Origin: the human T2T-CHM13v2.0 reference genome, Homo sapiens
DNA: 64,000 nt
Reading direction: 5' to 3' (one strand)
Assembly (NCBI RefSeq): GCF_009914755.1
Contig: NC_060927.1
The notes beneath the pieces are model-generated. The model was not told the DNA's origin. It did not search any database and saw only the letters and a program-made list of their open reading frames with translations. Shown here one piece after another: positions 26,045-40,069 of the stretch (positions within the stretch are counted from its first letter, which is position 1; the number at the start of each line of letters is the position of its first letter). Made by a program: the position numbers and the translations under genes.

Positions 26045-28115
26045 AAGACATAAAAATTAACTGTTATAAGGCAGGATGGGAAGCTTCTATGGCTAATGTT
26101 AATATGTGCAATCACATACTGTACTGTTATTACAGTTTTTGACAAGTCTCAATTCTTTGTCTAGAGAGGGTGGGGAGTTCTCAGTTGGAAGTTCTCTGGC
26201 GACCTAAGGTTGCCCTGGCAGTAGTGTAGCAGCTGAATAAAGAGTCAGTTTCCTTCTGCATTAGCCGCTGCTCATACTCCTTCAGGGCAAAACCAGAATA
26301 TTCCTTTTTTGAATTAAAGGCAAAAGAAACCTTTCCTTTATTGGCATTTCCGATATCATCTATTTTCGTCTCATTGTAACTCTGTAACCTTTACATCCCA
26401 ACATATTCTCCCCACTCCCCAATGCTTGGTTCAACTCGAGCCTTCATATATAATTCATATGCCAGGTATTAAAGTCTCGAAAATGGTTTCCTTGATGTTT
26501 TGGTTAGTTTGCTCTTGAATATTCATAGAAACCAAACACTGGATATTGCTTAAAGAAAACCCAAAAGAACCCCATGTTCCCCATGTTATAACCGAAAAGC
26601 TAAAAGATGAAAGGGATCTAAAAGTTTATCTAGTCCCTAAATCCCCAAAGGCACTTGGCTCAGGTGCTCCTGAGGGATGTGGGAGTCACAGCCAGGGCTG
26701 TCACGGTGCAGCAGATAAACCATCACATATGCCCCTAGACTAGTTGTTGCATCATAATTACAATGCAGCTGCACCTGGGTGATGGCTACTGAACCCAGAG
26801 GCTCACTCAGTATGAAATTCAACTCAGAACCCAGATTTTAGACCCAGGCGACTTGGATTGCTAAAGGGGTTTTTGCACCCACTTTAGTTAATTGCACTAG
26901 AATTTTAGAGTCAGTGACTAGGGAAACCAAGACTTAGATACAGTTTGAGGCTTCTCTGGATAAGCGAACAAGCATGGCCAACTTTCAAGTGTGTTCCCAC
27001 TTAAGGAAACTAGGGGTGACTATAATAGACATATTCCCTTAATTTGATGTCATCTTCTATCTTTTGCAGATATCTGAGCCCATTACATATACTAGAGAAA
27101 GGATAATTTCACCAAGATCTGTGGGGGCTCATGCTCATCCTTTCTCAAACCCAGTCCTCTGCTGGACTCTGGAGAACACCACAAAATGCTGCTGCATTTA
27201 AGTTCATTACATGAAACGTCCAACTTCATTATACACTATATGATATGTACCCCAAATAAAGTCAAAACAACTAGAAGATTTACAAAAATTAAAATACAAA
27301 TAAGCAAAACACAAAAATCATGGAAGTAATCATAAAGGATGGTTTCTGAGGTCTTCTTATAATTCTCATATGCTGAATACGCACTTTAGTTGACTGCTAG
27401 GCAATCAAAAGATGTACAGAATTTAATTGAGAAAAATATTTTTTGTAAAAGAAACATATCTCAATCAATTTTAATGATGGAACACAAGAATTCTCCACAG
27501 GAAAAAAAAAAAAGCCAATTGCTACAGTTTGCAAAAGAGGAAACCAATACCTTCCAAAAGTAGAGGAAAGTAGCCATCACATGGTTACTAGGAGAGCGAG
27601 GCCTGGAACCAAGGTCTATTATCAACCGCAAGGACCTGTGGTCTCTCCTACATATCATGCTACACTTACAAATTTTAGAACTTACTATACTATCTTCACA
27701 TAGTAAGCTCTTAAATGTTTATTTAATTATTTTGCCAAAAAGAAGCAAATATTCCCTGCAAGAGACTGTGAAACTCATACTGTTAAATCAGACCCATGCT
27801 GATGCTTCTTATTTTGGTACTGTTTTCCTGTCACTAAAGAGATCTCTATCAATGAGCCAATTCATAGTTCATGTTCTGGCCACATTTCTAAGATGTTATA
27901 GTATCCAGAAATTAGAACAGGTGTCTTTAAAACATTCAAAACCATTTTGCTTTTGTAATGGGGAAAATGAGGTTCATCTCAGTATCAACAAATGTATGAT
28001 AGATTTTCCATTTATTACAAAGCATAATGATAATCAATTAAGGAACCTATAAAAACAATAAGTTACTCAATATTCCTTGTTATAATCGATTTTTTTAAGA
28101 AAAGGATTTAATTAC

Positions 28116-28190
28116 CAGTTTGAGGCTGCAGAACTTTGGAATCTTCAGATATTTTAGCTGTAGGCACAATCCATGGCTTTTCACTTGAAG
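28116..28190 (-). CDS. ABI3BP: W10, 75 nt, phase 1-1: (A)SSEKPWIVPTAKISEDSKVLQPQT
   Basis: Acceptor cttttcaatatag, donor CTG|gtaatt. Confidence 0.95.
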
Positions 28191-28641
28191 CTATATTGAA
28201 AAGAAATGGAATTTGCTGAAGATTTTTTTTTTTTTAACAGGAGAACGAGACAGAAATAGGTTGCTGGTATGGTTAAGTGGCTACCAGAAGCCTGCAGTAT
28301 ACCAATACAAGAAAAAGTCATTATATATCAGTAAGAAATCAGTATGTATCCATCCAGAGAACATTTGATTAGTGGTCAGAGAGAGACCAGAGTTTGGTGT
28401 CAGACTGTCAGCATTTTTAAGGACAAAAAGCTAAGTGGATTATGTGGAATTAAGACTGATGGGTTTTACCGAATTTGCAGAAAATCCAAATAGATTTATT
28501 AAAAAAAAATCAAATCAACCATTTGTTTGCCTAACTATCAGTTCATGAGGTTTCCAGAAATAAGATGCAGTAAATGTGTCCTGCAGAATTAAGCAATCAC
28601 CACCCACAGCCTTAATATTAAATTTAAGGTACTCTTATTAC

Positions 28642-28713
28642 CCAATGTGCCCCTAGGTTTCTCAAAAGGGAAGGGTGTTTTTGCCTCAGGAAATTCTGGA
28701 AGGCTTTTTGGAG
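28642..28713 (-). CDS. ABI3BP: W9, 72 nt, phase 1-1 (likely alternative): (A)PKSLPEFPEAKTPFPFEKPRGTL
   Basis: Acceptor gtttcattacag, donor TGG|gtaata; C-terminal PRGTL resembles PRATL of W12. Confidence 0.88.
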
Positions 28714-29078
28714 CTGTAATGAAACACATAAAGAAAGTTACGACCTGAGGTGAAAGTAACAGGAAAGATTTTTAAAATTTTAAGCTTGCAAAAACAAAAG
28801 CAAACACAAAAAGGCAAATCATGTTAAGAGACCATTAGTAGTATTTCTTACATCTATGTTTCAATGTTGAATATAAGAAAGTTTCTTTTTCAGTTTTTTA
28901 TAGTTAAGTGACTAAATTTAAGCTACTGTATTTGGACTCTTCTTTCCACCCTTATTAAACCAGTTTGCTGATTTCTTCAGCTATGTTTATGTGTGTTCTT
29001 AAATATATTTCATTTAAATTTAAACCAAGCAAACACATCTGAACTAGAAAATGTCCATCTGAAAGCTTTTAAAAATAG

Positions 29079-29486
<408 letters not shown>

Positions 29487-29805
29487 TAAATATATCTTCT
29501 CTGTTAAGAGAGACAATAGAGTAAACACATTTACAAAAAATACAGAAATGATCAATTTGTTCAGTGACATATTGATTCTGAATTAAAAGAATCAAACATA
29601 ATATTAAAATATGACCACTTAAAAGAAAAACAACCCAACCAAACAATTTGTCATAGGGAGAGCCTCTTTGGGATCCTAAACTTGAAGACTGTGTCACCTT
29701 TAAGGGATTGGGTATAAATTAGCGTAATTAATTCAAAAGACTTCTTTGAAGCATGCATACAATATCCAAGGTAATAATAAAGCTGCAGTATTTATTATTT
29801 TTTAC

Positions 29806-29880
29806 CTAGAGTGCTCAGTGGCAATTCAAACTGAGGTATTAGAATAGTTTGCAATGTTTCCGGGGTCCTTTTGCTGAGAA
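29806..29880 (-). CDS. ABI3BP: W8, 75 nt, phase 1-1 (likely alternative): (V)LSKRTPETLQTILIPQFELPLSTL
   Basis: Acceptor ttttttattgtag, donor TAG|gtaaaa; open frame, same size class as neighbours. Confidence 0.88.
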
Positions 29881-30636
29881 CTACAATAAAAAAGAGTGCA
29901 GTTAGCAACTCCTGGACTTGGGTTTTGATGTTGTGGCTTAACCATGATCATGCACAGCAAGCTTTGTAACAGACTCTTGCACACAGAGCAGCCAATACCT
30001 TTAATGGAAATAACCTTCCCTGGAAAAGTTACATAGCTGTTAAAATATGAAGGTGTACATTCAAAGGGCAGTGGTGTGGCTGAGAAGATCAACATCAAAT
30101 TACAGAACAAAACACATGCTGCTCCTTTTCTTCAGGGGAAAGAGAACAACAAAGCAAGTTAGATTCTCTTGGGCTAAGAAACAACAAACATGGGTGCCAT
30201 GAAATTCTTGTTTAAAAGCATGACACTTTTGGGGATTCTTCCCAAATTTAGTATGCACAAGACTTCCCAAAGCCACTCTAAGCAGAAAGCACAGAGTCAA
30301 GACTTCCAGGTTTCCTTCATTCTCCCCCAAGATTTGGGAGTTAAAAGGCTGGTATTCTGTCTGTATAACCCAGAGACTGGTTAAAAAGGGCATTTAGTTA
30401 GCAATTAGCATCCAGATTTGCCCAGAAGTTCAGTCACCAGGATCAGCCATGTGGTTAACTCTTCAGTGGAATCTGTCCAAGAAAGAGGAAGGTTAACCAC
30501 TGCCAGGAAGGAAGGAAAAGGAGAAAGTGGGGAGGGAGAGAGAAGTTAAGGCACCAGGTTTCTTTTCTGTGAGTCCTGGGAGTTATTTCGTTGTTACTTT
30601 TGTTTTTTTAGAAAAAAAAAAAGTTCTTAGAATTAC

Positions 30637-30711
30637 CCAGTGTTGTTTCTGAAACATCTAATGCACTAGACGTAGTGGGTTTAGTGCTTCTTGGAACTGT
30701 TTCAGGAGTCA
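30637..30711 (-). CDS. ABI3BP: W7, 75 nt, phase 1-1: (V)TPETVPRSTKPTTSSALDVSETTL
   Basis: Acceptor tttttacctttcag, donor TGG|gtaatt. Confidence 0.95.
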
Positions 30712-32682
30712 CTGAAAGGTAAAAAGCACAACTTTACAAATTAAGATAAAGTGAAGCAACCAAAGACCAGGAGACACATCCTGTTGCCTTTTAGAATTAG
30801 TGGCTGATATTTGTATAGCCCATTTCTTTTTGTGTTACTATGTAAAGAGCTCCTTGGCTTGTCTCAAGTGCCTGAGCTGACACTCCTCTCCAACTGGTCC
30901 TTTCTGGGTTTGCTTTCTATCCAAAAGAGCACTCTGACCTGACTTTCATTGAAACACTTATAAGCTTAATAATAATTTTAAATCTGCCTTTTTCTTTATC
31001 ACCAGGGCTTAGCACAATACCTGGGATAGAGTAAACAAGCACATGATTATAGTTTATTACTTTTTAAATCATTTATTGAAGAATCTGAAGGATAATCAAG
31101 ATAATAGTTTATTAAACGAATAAATGGGCAAATGAAAGGATGACTCTGGGCTAAAAGTCTTACTTAGAGCTACCACATTATAAGACTTCTCTCTTACACT
31201 GCAATGAATATGCAAAGCTTGAAAATGAATTGAAATTATGATCAGAATTTAAATGCTCAGCCACAGATTTGTCCCAAATGCTAGATTAAAGGTAATAAAA
31301 AGCTCAATTAAAAAGCTCACACTCCTTCCCCACCAGCCAGTCAACAGTTTTGGAGAAATAAGAACTAAGATCACTGGGATCTGAAATGAATTGAGAGCCA
31401 GAAAGCCCCGGAATGTTGCAGGGCAAGAACACAAAATAAACACAATAACCCTGAGTAATAAGTTGTGGTGTTTTCCTAAGTGTTTCTGAAGTGGAAAACT
31501 CTGAGGAGGGTTTGGCAGAGGACTAAAAACATGTAGACTCTCCCATCAGAAATGCTGCCAAGAGAAAAAAGTATAATTGGGGAAAGTGGGTAGAATCTTT
31601 GAGGGAGAAAGGGATTTGGAGTCCCTATAGAGCCATGCCTATGCTTTTCTGGATATTGATCACGTATACGGAAGTCAAAAACCATCTAGGAATTTCATCC
31701 AAATGGGTCACTCCAGTAGCTATACCTCTGCTCCAACTCCCATGAAGGTGGGGATGAAAGGTTCATCTCTTTTCTTTGGAAAAGGACCATATTCATCTTG
31801 CTCTCTCAGACATATTCCTACTTGAATGGATTTCTTGAAGTTATTTTACTGCCACAACAACTTTTATCTTCTCTGGACCAGTTACGAGTCCAGAAGTTTA
31901 GTAAAAGGTACATCATCAATATTTCAAGTTATAGGATTTTGTGGACTAAAAAATTCACTACAGATTGGAGTGACTCTGCTAAATATAGATTGTGGGAAAT
32001 TCTTGCCAGATGTCTGTTTCATCAGGTCCTGGATAAGGTGGTACTACTCTGGCAAAAACTCTAGCTCAAAGATTAATGCCTCCCCCCTGGACTGGACTTG
32101 AGTAGTTCATTAATAGAAGAGATGCTGAATGTTTGTTAGTAATGGTGACAAACTATGGAGAAAATGCTTACTGCATTAATTCTTTGAAGGATTGTTACTG
32201 AACTATTCTATATTCTCTACACTAGGATTGCTAAAGTTCCAGAGACATTTGTTTCTAAATGATTCCAGGGTATTTTCATAGATATTAAGCTATGGATTTG
32301 TGAAGAATATATGGCATTTTGCTACACTGACCACTTGTAAAAGTGTAGAAATGAAAAATGGTCTAATGTCATCATATGAAAGAACAGCACCAAACTTGAG
32401 GTATGATGTTTTTAATATAAAAATATTTCAGTGTTGAACTAATAATTTTCATTTAGAGTAAAAAATACAGCTTCTGTATTACATATCAGTTATGTGATTC
32501 AATACTCCATTTTGCAGCTATTGTTTTCCCAAACGTTAGAGACCTAGAATCTCCTACTGTTTTGCATTTATGATCAAAATGTATTTCCTACTGGCTCTTT
32601 ACTGAAAAAAAGACTGCAGATTAGTATTTGAAAAAAAGCATTTTTTCTTTTCTCAAGGTCAACAACATAGCGATCTCATTAC

Positions 32683-32760
32683 CTGTTGTGGGTCGTGCTG
32701 AGATTTTTTCAACCTCTGGTGTTTTAGATTCGGCAGGTAATGCCAAGGTTTCATTCTTAG
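32683..32760 (-). CDS. ABI3BP: W6, 78 nt, phase 1-1: (A)KNETLALPAESKTPEVEKISARPTT
   Basis: Acceptor ctgactttttag, donor CAG|gtaatg; sequon NET. Confidence 0.95.
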
Positions 32761-33162
32761 CTAAAAAGTCAGAGAACAAACAATTTATCTCACTTGCAGT
32801 GTCCAAAAATACCTCCCTCAATGCATAATCAAGTAGCAGACTAAAAATCTAATCTCACACTCCTTCCCCACCAGCCAGTCAACAACTTTATTGTGTATCT
32901 CTAGCAGGAACTAATATAAGTCTTCAAAATTCTTTCTTATTAACCCTACATAATTCTTTCTTATTAACCCTAGGTAATTCTTTAAGATCTAAATTGGCAT
33001 TGAAATGAAGAAAAAAAATCACAACCCAATACTTGGATACATCTCAAGTCATCTGATTGATAAATAGAATTTCTGGAAGGCATAGGTTGTATTGCAAATG
33101 CTTCCTGGAATTTTATATTCAAGTACTGCCAATTTTAAAAAATCAACCTATAGAAAATTTCC

Positions 33163-33557
<395 letters not shown>

Positions 33558-33991
33558 CTAAGCTATTTGAAAATATTTGTGGCAAAAAATTTAACAGTAA
33601 ATTTTATTTGAGCCTCATATTAATGTAGATCTTCTCTTTTAATCTCTGTGGGAATTCAGTACAAAGAATAATTTTTTCCATTTTTCCTCTTTATGCAACT
33701 ATTTGAGAAACTTCATTTTAAAATGTAGATGTTCTTTTTCAAAGAAAGTAACATTTCTAAGCCAGTGTTCCCCAGCGATTATGGTATTCCCCATTTGAAA
33801 GGGTATAATTAGGATTAATTCTATTCAGTTATTTTCTGTGTTGAATCATAATATTACCTGCTCATAATATTTTGAAACAGTCTAGTGGCATGAAAGAATT
33901 CATGCCCCTTTGGGATACCCTGATCATGCCACCTTGAGCTGATCACATAATCGGACAGGATTTTTCAGAGTCCTAAGGCTATACAGAACTT

Positions 33992-34231
33992 AGATTTCCC
34001 AACTTTGGCACTATTGATATTTGAGGCTAGATTATTTTTTTGTATGGGTGGCTGGCCTGTATACTGTAGGATGTTGAAGAGTATTCTTGGCTTCTACCCA
34101 TTGGATTCCAATAGTGCTCTCACACACTTTTGGAATATTTTGTGCTCCACAGATACTTTTCTAACAACCAAAATATCTCCAGGCAATTCTAGATATTCCC
34201 TAAGGGACAAAATTGCTCCCTGTTGAAAACT
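33992..34231. mobile_element. MER20 DNA transposon (second copy)
   Basis: ggcactattgatattt...gcctgtatactgtaggatgtt...ctacccattgga...acaaccaaaatatctccag. Confidence 0.8.
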
Positions 34232-35113
34232 TTAATTTTCACACTCAAAATTCTTTGAACATGTATTTTATAATCTGTAGTTCACTTTATTTTTGTAAAG
34301 ACCATCTTCTTTTCTGTTAATGTGGGTTCAAAAATATTTACTTAATTCTGATGAGCTTGAAGACAATTAGAAAGTCATCTTTCACGACGTTTATAGCAGC
34401 AAATCAGTTTTCAATCCCTACTTGATAAAGGCATACAACAGATTTCTAGATAGCTAATTTTCAGGAATTATTTAAAATGCCACCACTAAGTGTCATAAAT
34501 GATAATTTGCAACAAATTGTGTGTTTCTGAAGTTGCAAAGCATGTTCACACAACAAAATATTTAATAGCATTGTTCAAATTAATTTAGCAGGGCATAAAA
34601 AGGAACTTTTTAAAAATCTAGCATAATTTTATGAAATTCTATTTTTAAAACGTCTAAATTTTATCAGTTTTTTTTTTCTGACATCTTTTGTGTGAACCAT
34701 TCTGATTGTCAACACAGAAAAAAATGCAGATCATGAATTTTTCAAGCACTCTGTTCCTATTATTTTCAACATGCCCCACAGGAAGTTTTTTTAAATGTAA
34801 AATTATAAGGTTTCCTTTCACGATCTCTTCTCTTTCAGTGTTCTCTTCTCCTTCCAGGGCTCCTTCCTGATTAAGAATATCCCATGTTCTCAGTGAGTCC
34901 CTGGCTGACCTAGGACCTCTTATTATTTATTTGTTTAATCGTCCAGATCCTAGACTTTCACAGGCGATGCTCTCAATTTCTTTATTCAAAACATGTTCTT
35001 AGCTGGCAATCACATTAGCCTAAAATCAGGCTGCTAATGAAGAAAGGCAAACTACCCCTTCCTAAGAGACATTTATATTCTTTCTATATTACTAACTCAT
35101 TTTACAGGCATAT

Positions 35114-35452
35114 TGTTTTTTCTTCTTCTTTTTGGTTTTTTTTTTTTTTTTTTTTGAGTCAGGGTCTCACTCTGTTGCCCAGGCTGGATACAGTGGCATG
35201 ATAATAGTTCACTGCAGCCTCAAACTTCAAACTCCTGGGCTCAAGTGAAACAATTCTCCTGCTTCTGCCTCCCTAGTAGTAGCTGGGACTATAAGCACGT
35301 GCCACAGCACCTAGCTTATTACTAATATTATTTTGCAAAAACGGGATCTCACTATGTTGCCAGGCTGGTCTTGAACTCCTAAGCTCAAGTGATCCTCCTG
35401 CCTCAGCCTCCCAAAGTACTTGGATTACAAGTGGGAGCCACTGCACCAGGCC
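35114..35452 (-). mobile_element. Alu (AluJ-like)
   Basis: T-rich tail then diverged antisense dimer. Confidence 0.92.
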
Positions 35453-35987
35453 ATACTGTATATCTATAAATGATATTTCAGACATCAGAGAACTTAGTAG
35501 TTGGGGAGGGTATTTGAATGGGGAACTCTTGATATATCAACCCCTGAGCATTCACCCACACTATCTATGCACAACTGCAATCTTGGCAATAGGAAAGTAA
35601 AATGCAATCAGAACACAGCCTAAAACCCAGGAAATTCCTTTTCCTCTATTTCTTCTGTACATTTTTCCATCACAGTTGTTTCCTTTAATTTTTGGCAGGC
35701 CAAGTCTTGACTTTGGCAAACCCTTTGTATGTCCCTTGGGGATGTGTGTGTAATCCTAACTTTTTTGTTTATATCTCTCATTATTCACACCATGTGTTCT
35801 TAGAACAAGCTATTATACTTCTTGATGCCCCGTTATGAGCTCTGCTGGAATGAGGATGTTGTTTTTAGGATTTACTACCTCAAAAAATGTAGCTTTTTTG
35901 AGTTGCAGTGATAATTAACTTCAGCGCAGTTTATTTCTCCCTTCATGGCATAAAGGACTGTTTATGCCCACACTTTGCAAAAAACAG

Positions 35988-37112
35988 TGCTTCTGTGCAG
36001 CAAAGGAAGCAATAAACAAAATGAAAAGGCAGCCTATGCATTGAGAGAAAATATTTGCAAACCACATGTATCTGATAAAGGGTTAAGATCCAAAGTATAT
36101 AAGGAACTTACACAAAATAGCGAAACAAAATAACACAACCACCCTCAACCCCAAATAACCTAATTAAAACATGGGCAAAGGACCTGAATAGACATTTCTC
36201 CAAAGAAGACATAAAAATGGCTAACAGGTATAAAAAAAAAAGTGCTCAACGTCACTGATCATCAGGGAAATGCAAAATTAAGACCACACTGAGATATCAC
36301 CTCACTTCTGTTAGGATGGATATTAAGCAAAACGATAAAAAATAGGTGTTGGCAAGGGTGTGGAGAAAAGGAAATTCTTGTTTATTGTTGAGGTGGAAAT
36401 GTAAATTGGTGCAGCTATTATAGAAAATGGTATGGAGTTTCCTCAAAAAATTAAAAATAGAACTACCTTATGACCCAGCAATCCCTCTTCTGGACATACG
36501 TCCAAAGGAAATGAAATCAGCACCTCATAGAGATACATACAGTCCCACATTCACTCCAGCATTGTTCACAACAACCAAGATATGGAAACGACTTAAATGT
36601 TCATTGATGAATGTATAAAGAAATTATGGTACACACACACTGGAGTATTATTCAGCCTTAAAAAAGGAGGTCCTGCCATTTGCAATAACATGGATAAATC
36701 TGGAGGATATTATGCTAAATGATATAAGCCAAGCACAGAAAGAAAAACACTGCATGATTTCACTCATATGTGGAATCTAAAAAAAGTCACATATATAGAG
36801 AATAAAACTTTATGAGGGATGGGATGGAGAGGGGGAAACAGGGAAATGTAGAACAGAGGGTAAAAAGTTGCAGATGCATAGGATGAATAAGACTAGAAAT
36901 CTAAAGTAGAAAACAAGAACTATAATTATAATATTGTATATTGGAAAAGTGTTAAGATTTTTGGTACTCTTACCACATGCACACACAAAGGGTAACTATG
37001 CAAGAGAATGGATGTTAATTTGCTTGAATATAGTTAACTATTTCACTAGGTACACATATAAAAAAAACTTCATCTTGGATGCTTGAAGCATATACAATAA
37101 AAAATTTTAAAA
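35988..37112 (+). mobile_element. L1M (L1MA/MB-like) 3' fragment: ORF2 end plus 3' UTR
   Basis: ORF-track 36427..36618 (LKKLKIELPYDPAIPLL) is an L1 ORF2 C-terminal remnant. Confidence 0.92.
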
Positions 37113-37232
37113 AATTGTATATGTAGTTTTTAAAGAAACATGGTCTACTAAGTTGGTACATTTGTTGGGTAGGATTTTCCTTTGATTTATCAGACATTTT
37201 CAAACATACTGGCTATCAGTCTCTTCAGTGTG

Positions 37233-37586
37233 TGATATGGTTTGGCTGTGTCCCCACAAATCTCATCTTGAATTCCCACATGTTGCGGGAGGGGCCTGGT
37301 GGGAGGTGATTGAATCATCAGGGCAGGTCTTTCCCATGCTATTCTCGTGATAGTGAATAAGACTCATAAGATCTGATGGCTTTAAAAATGGGACTTTGCC
37401 TGCACAAGAGCTCTCTTTTTGCCTGCTGCCATCCATGTAAGATATGACTTGCTCCTCCTTGCCTTCCATCACGAATGTGAGGCTTCCCCAGCCATGTGGA
37501 ACTATAAGTCCAATTAAACCTCTTTCTTTGTAAATTGTCCAGTCTCGGATATATCTTTACCAGCAGTGTGAAAATGGACTAATACA
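37233..37586 (+). mobile_element. THE1 (MaLR) solo LTR
   Basis: TGATATGGTTTGGCTGTGTCCCCA...GGACTAATACA, 354 bp, exact 5-bp TSD gtgtg. Confidence 0.95.
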
Positions 37587-37648
37587 GTGTGTAAGAAATT
37601 CTCCATGTGTTAAATTTTCTATGTGTTCTTTTATTATTAGCATCATAC

Positions 37649-37942
37649 TTTAAGAGACCAGGTCTTGCTCTGTTGCCCAGGCTGTAGTACAGTGGTGCAG
37701 TCAGAGCTCACTGAAACCTCAAACTCATGGGTTTCAGTGAACCTCCTGCCTCAGCCTTCTGAGTAGTTAGGACTACAGGCATGTACCATCATGCCTGGCT
37801 ATTTTTTTATTTTAATATTTTTTGTAAAGATGGGGTCTTGCTATATTGCCTACGCTAGTCTTGCATTGCTAGTCTCAAACGATTCCCTGGCTTCAGCCTC
37901 CCAAAGTGCTGGGGTTACAGGCATGAACCACCCCATCTTGCC
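37649..37942 (-). mobile_element. Alu (AluJ-like)
   Basis: Diverged antisense dimer. Confidence 0.9.
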
Positions 37943-39868
37943 CATGTATTCAATTTAAGACAGGCACTTCCCTCAAAAGCCAAGTTTAAAAACATACTTA
38001 CTATTTTCATAGTTTTAATTATTTGCATTTTACTATTTGCATTTATTTTTTCTTTATTAAAATAACACTTAATTCTGGACTTTTAGTGAATCATATCAGA
38101 AGAACAAAAGTAAAAACGAATCACAAGACAAAAATCCACTTTAATTCCTTAAAGAAAGCAAAAATGCTAAATTGGTATTATGGTAGCATGTAGAATTTTT
38201 AAATTTTTTTTTAAAGATTAGGAAATATCACTCAAGACTAAGCACTGAGGACCAGACCATGACATCTTCCAGTTTAAAACTGACAGCCGTGGTCTGAGAA
38301 ACAACTCTGCTCATTTTCAGTCCCCTTCACAAACACTGCTTTCTGCAGTTTTGATGGTAACATTAGGGACCAAATCAATGAGATTGGCCAGCTCCTTTTT
38401 TTCCTCCTTCCAAACAAGTTCTAGGCATGGGGCAAAGTATACAGTCTCTGGGCAGAGAACAGGTTAATGTAAGAGTCCAGAGCTTTAACTCTTCCAAACA
38501 CAGATCCACTGAGGGATCTTAATTTGGGAGCATCCTGGCAGCATCACATTTACATGATGTAGGGTTGGATAACAGGGTTTTATAGTTAAAGGGAGGTGAC
38601 CAAGTCTGATGCACAAATTAAGAAAATGAAGTCCAGAGTCACTTGACTATTTTCTGGGAAGTAACTAACTCTAGGACTACTAGATATGACTATTTTAAAG
38701 TAAAAATATAAGGATTGCACAAAACCACAAAGATATATTGGCAAATATTTTCACACCTTACTAAGATGTTGAACCATACGTTTTGGAAAATTTTCAAAAA
38801 TTGTAAGTCTAATAGTCCCCAGTTAAGTGCTTTTCTACCAACTTAAGGCCTTCCTCTTCCTTCTTCCAGGAGTTTCTCAAAATCAGCACCTAACGAGAAC
38901 TTAAGAGCTTGCCTTTTAAAATTCTTATAACTGGATTGCCCCAGATCAGTCAAGCAAAAAATGAAAAAAGTTAACTTAAACTTTCAGGTAACACTATTTA
39001 TGCAAAGTTAAGTGTCTGGATATTTGAAAAACACATGAAGAGATAGCAATTTCTTTTCAGGTTTTTTTAAAAAATTAAGTAGCTTGACATTATGTGGACA
39101 AAACTTCTAAACATCTCTACATGGCCCTATTCCCTAAAGAAGAAAATTGGAAACAAGAAAAAGACATCAACATTTGGTACCTCATTAGATTTGATGTCTT
39201 TTTTCCCCCAGTAAGTCTCCAGGGCAGGGAGGGAAAGGGGGAAAAAGGAAAAGAGTTATTGGCTTGTGGGATCCGCACTGTACCAGCAGCTACTTGTCAG
39301 GAACATCAAGGGTTTGTTCCCAGTGGATGCATGCTCTTGATAACAGAGAGATCACAGCAAGCCCTGACCTGACCAGAGGGTCTGCCCACCTAGGACCCCA
39401 GCCTATTGTTATGTTTCACGGTGTTTTCTTGAAATAAAAAATATTTGGGTTATATCTTATTTATCATTTCTTCTGCCTCTCTCTCAGCCAAAAAAGAGGA
39501 AATATCAACTGAAGCAGACAGATAAGGCCCCCAGTAGGGGAGGAGAAAGTAAGGGCCTTGTCTGAGGTCCCAGAATGAGCAGGTGCCATGCCTGGGTAAC
39601 TCACCATCATAGCCCCCAGCAACTTGCGGTTTTGACATAGGGTAATGCATAGTATTTGTTGAATGACTGTGGCCAAACAGGGGCTTGGGCCTCCGTTTCT
39701 TTATCCATACAATGTGCTGATTCAATCATATATTAAACATTAAAGTTCACAGCCAGTGCCTAGCTCAGGGAATACATTCTGTATTCTTAAGGTTTGTTCA
39801 ATTTCTACAGCACCATTTCTTCCAAATTTATTAACAGCCCAAGGTATTCTCTAGAGACATTGGAGGGG

Positions 39869-40069
39869 TAGTTCTCAAAGTGTGGTTCCTAGACCAGCAG
39901 TGTCACTATCACCTGGAAACTTGTCAGAAATGCAAATTCTCAGGCCCCATACCGGACCTACTGAATCAGTAATTCGGGAGGTGGGTTGGTGGTGGGGGGT
40001 GGTGGGCAGCAGTCTTTGTGTTAAGCCCTCCAGGTGCTCCTGATGTTTGATCAAGCTTGAGATTCTCTG
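39869..40069. mobile_element. MER5A DNA element
   Basis: gttctcaaagtgtggt...cacctggaaacttgtcagaaatgcaaattctcaggcccc...gacctactgaatcag. Confidence 0.88.
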
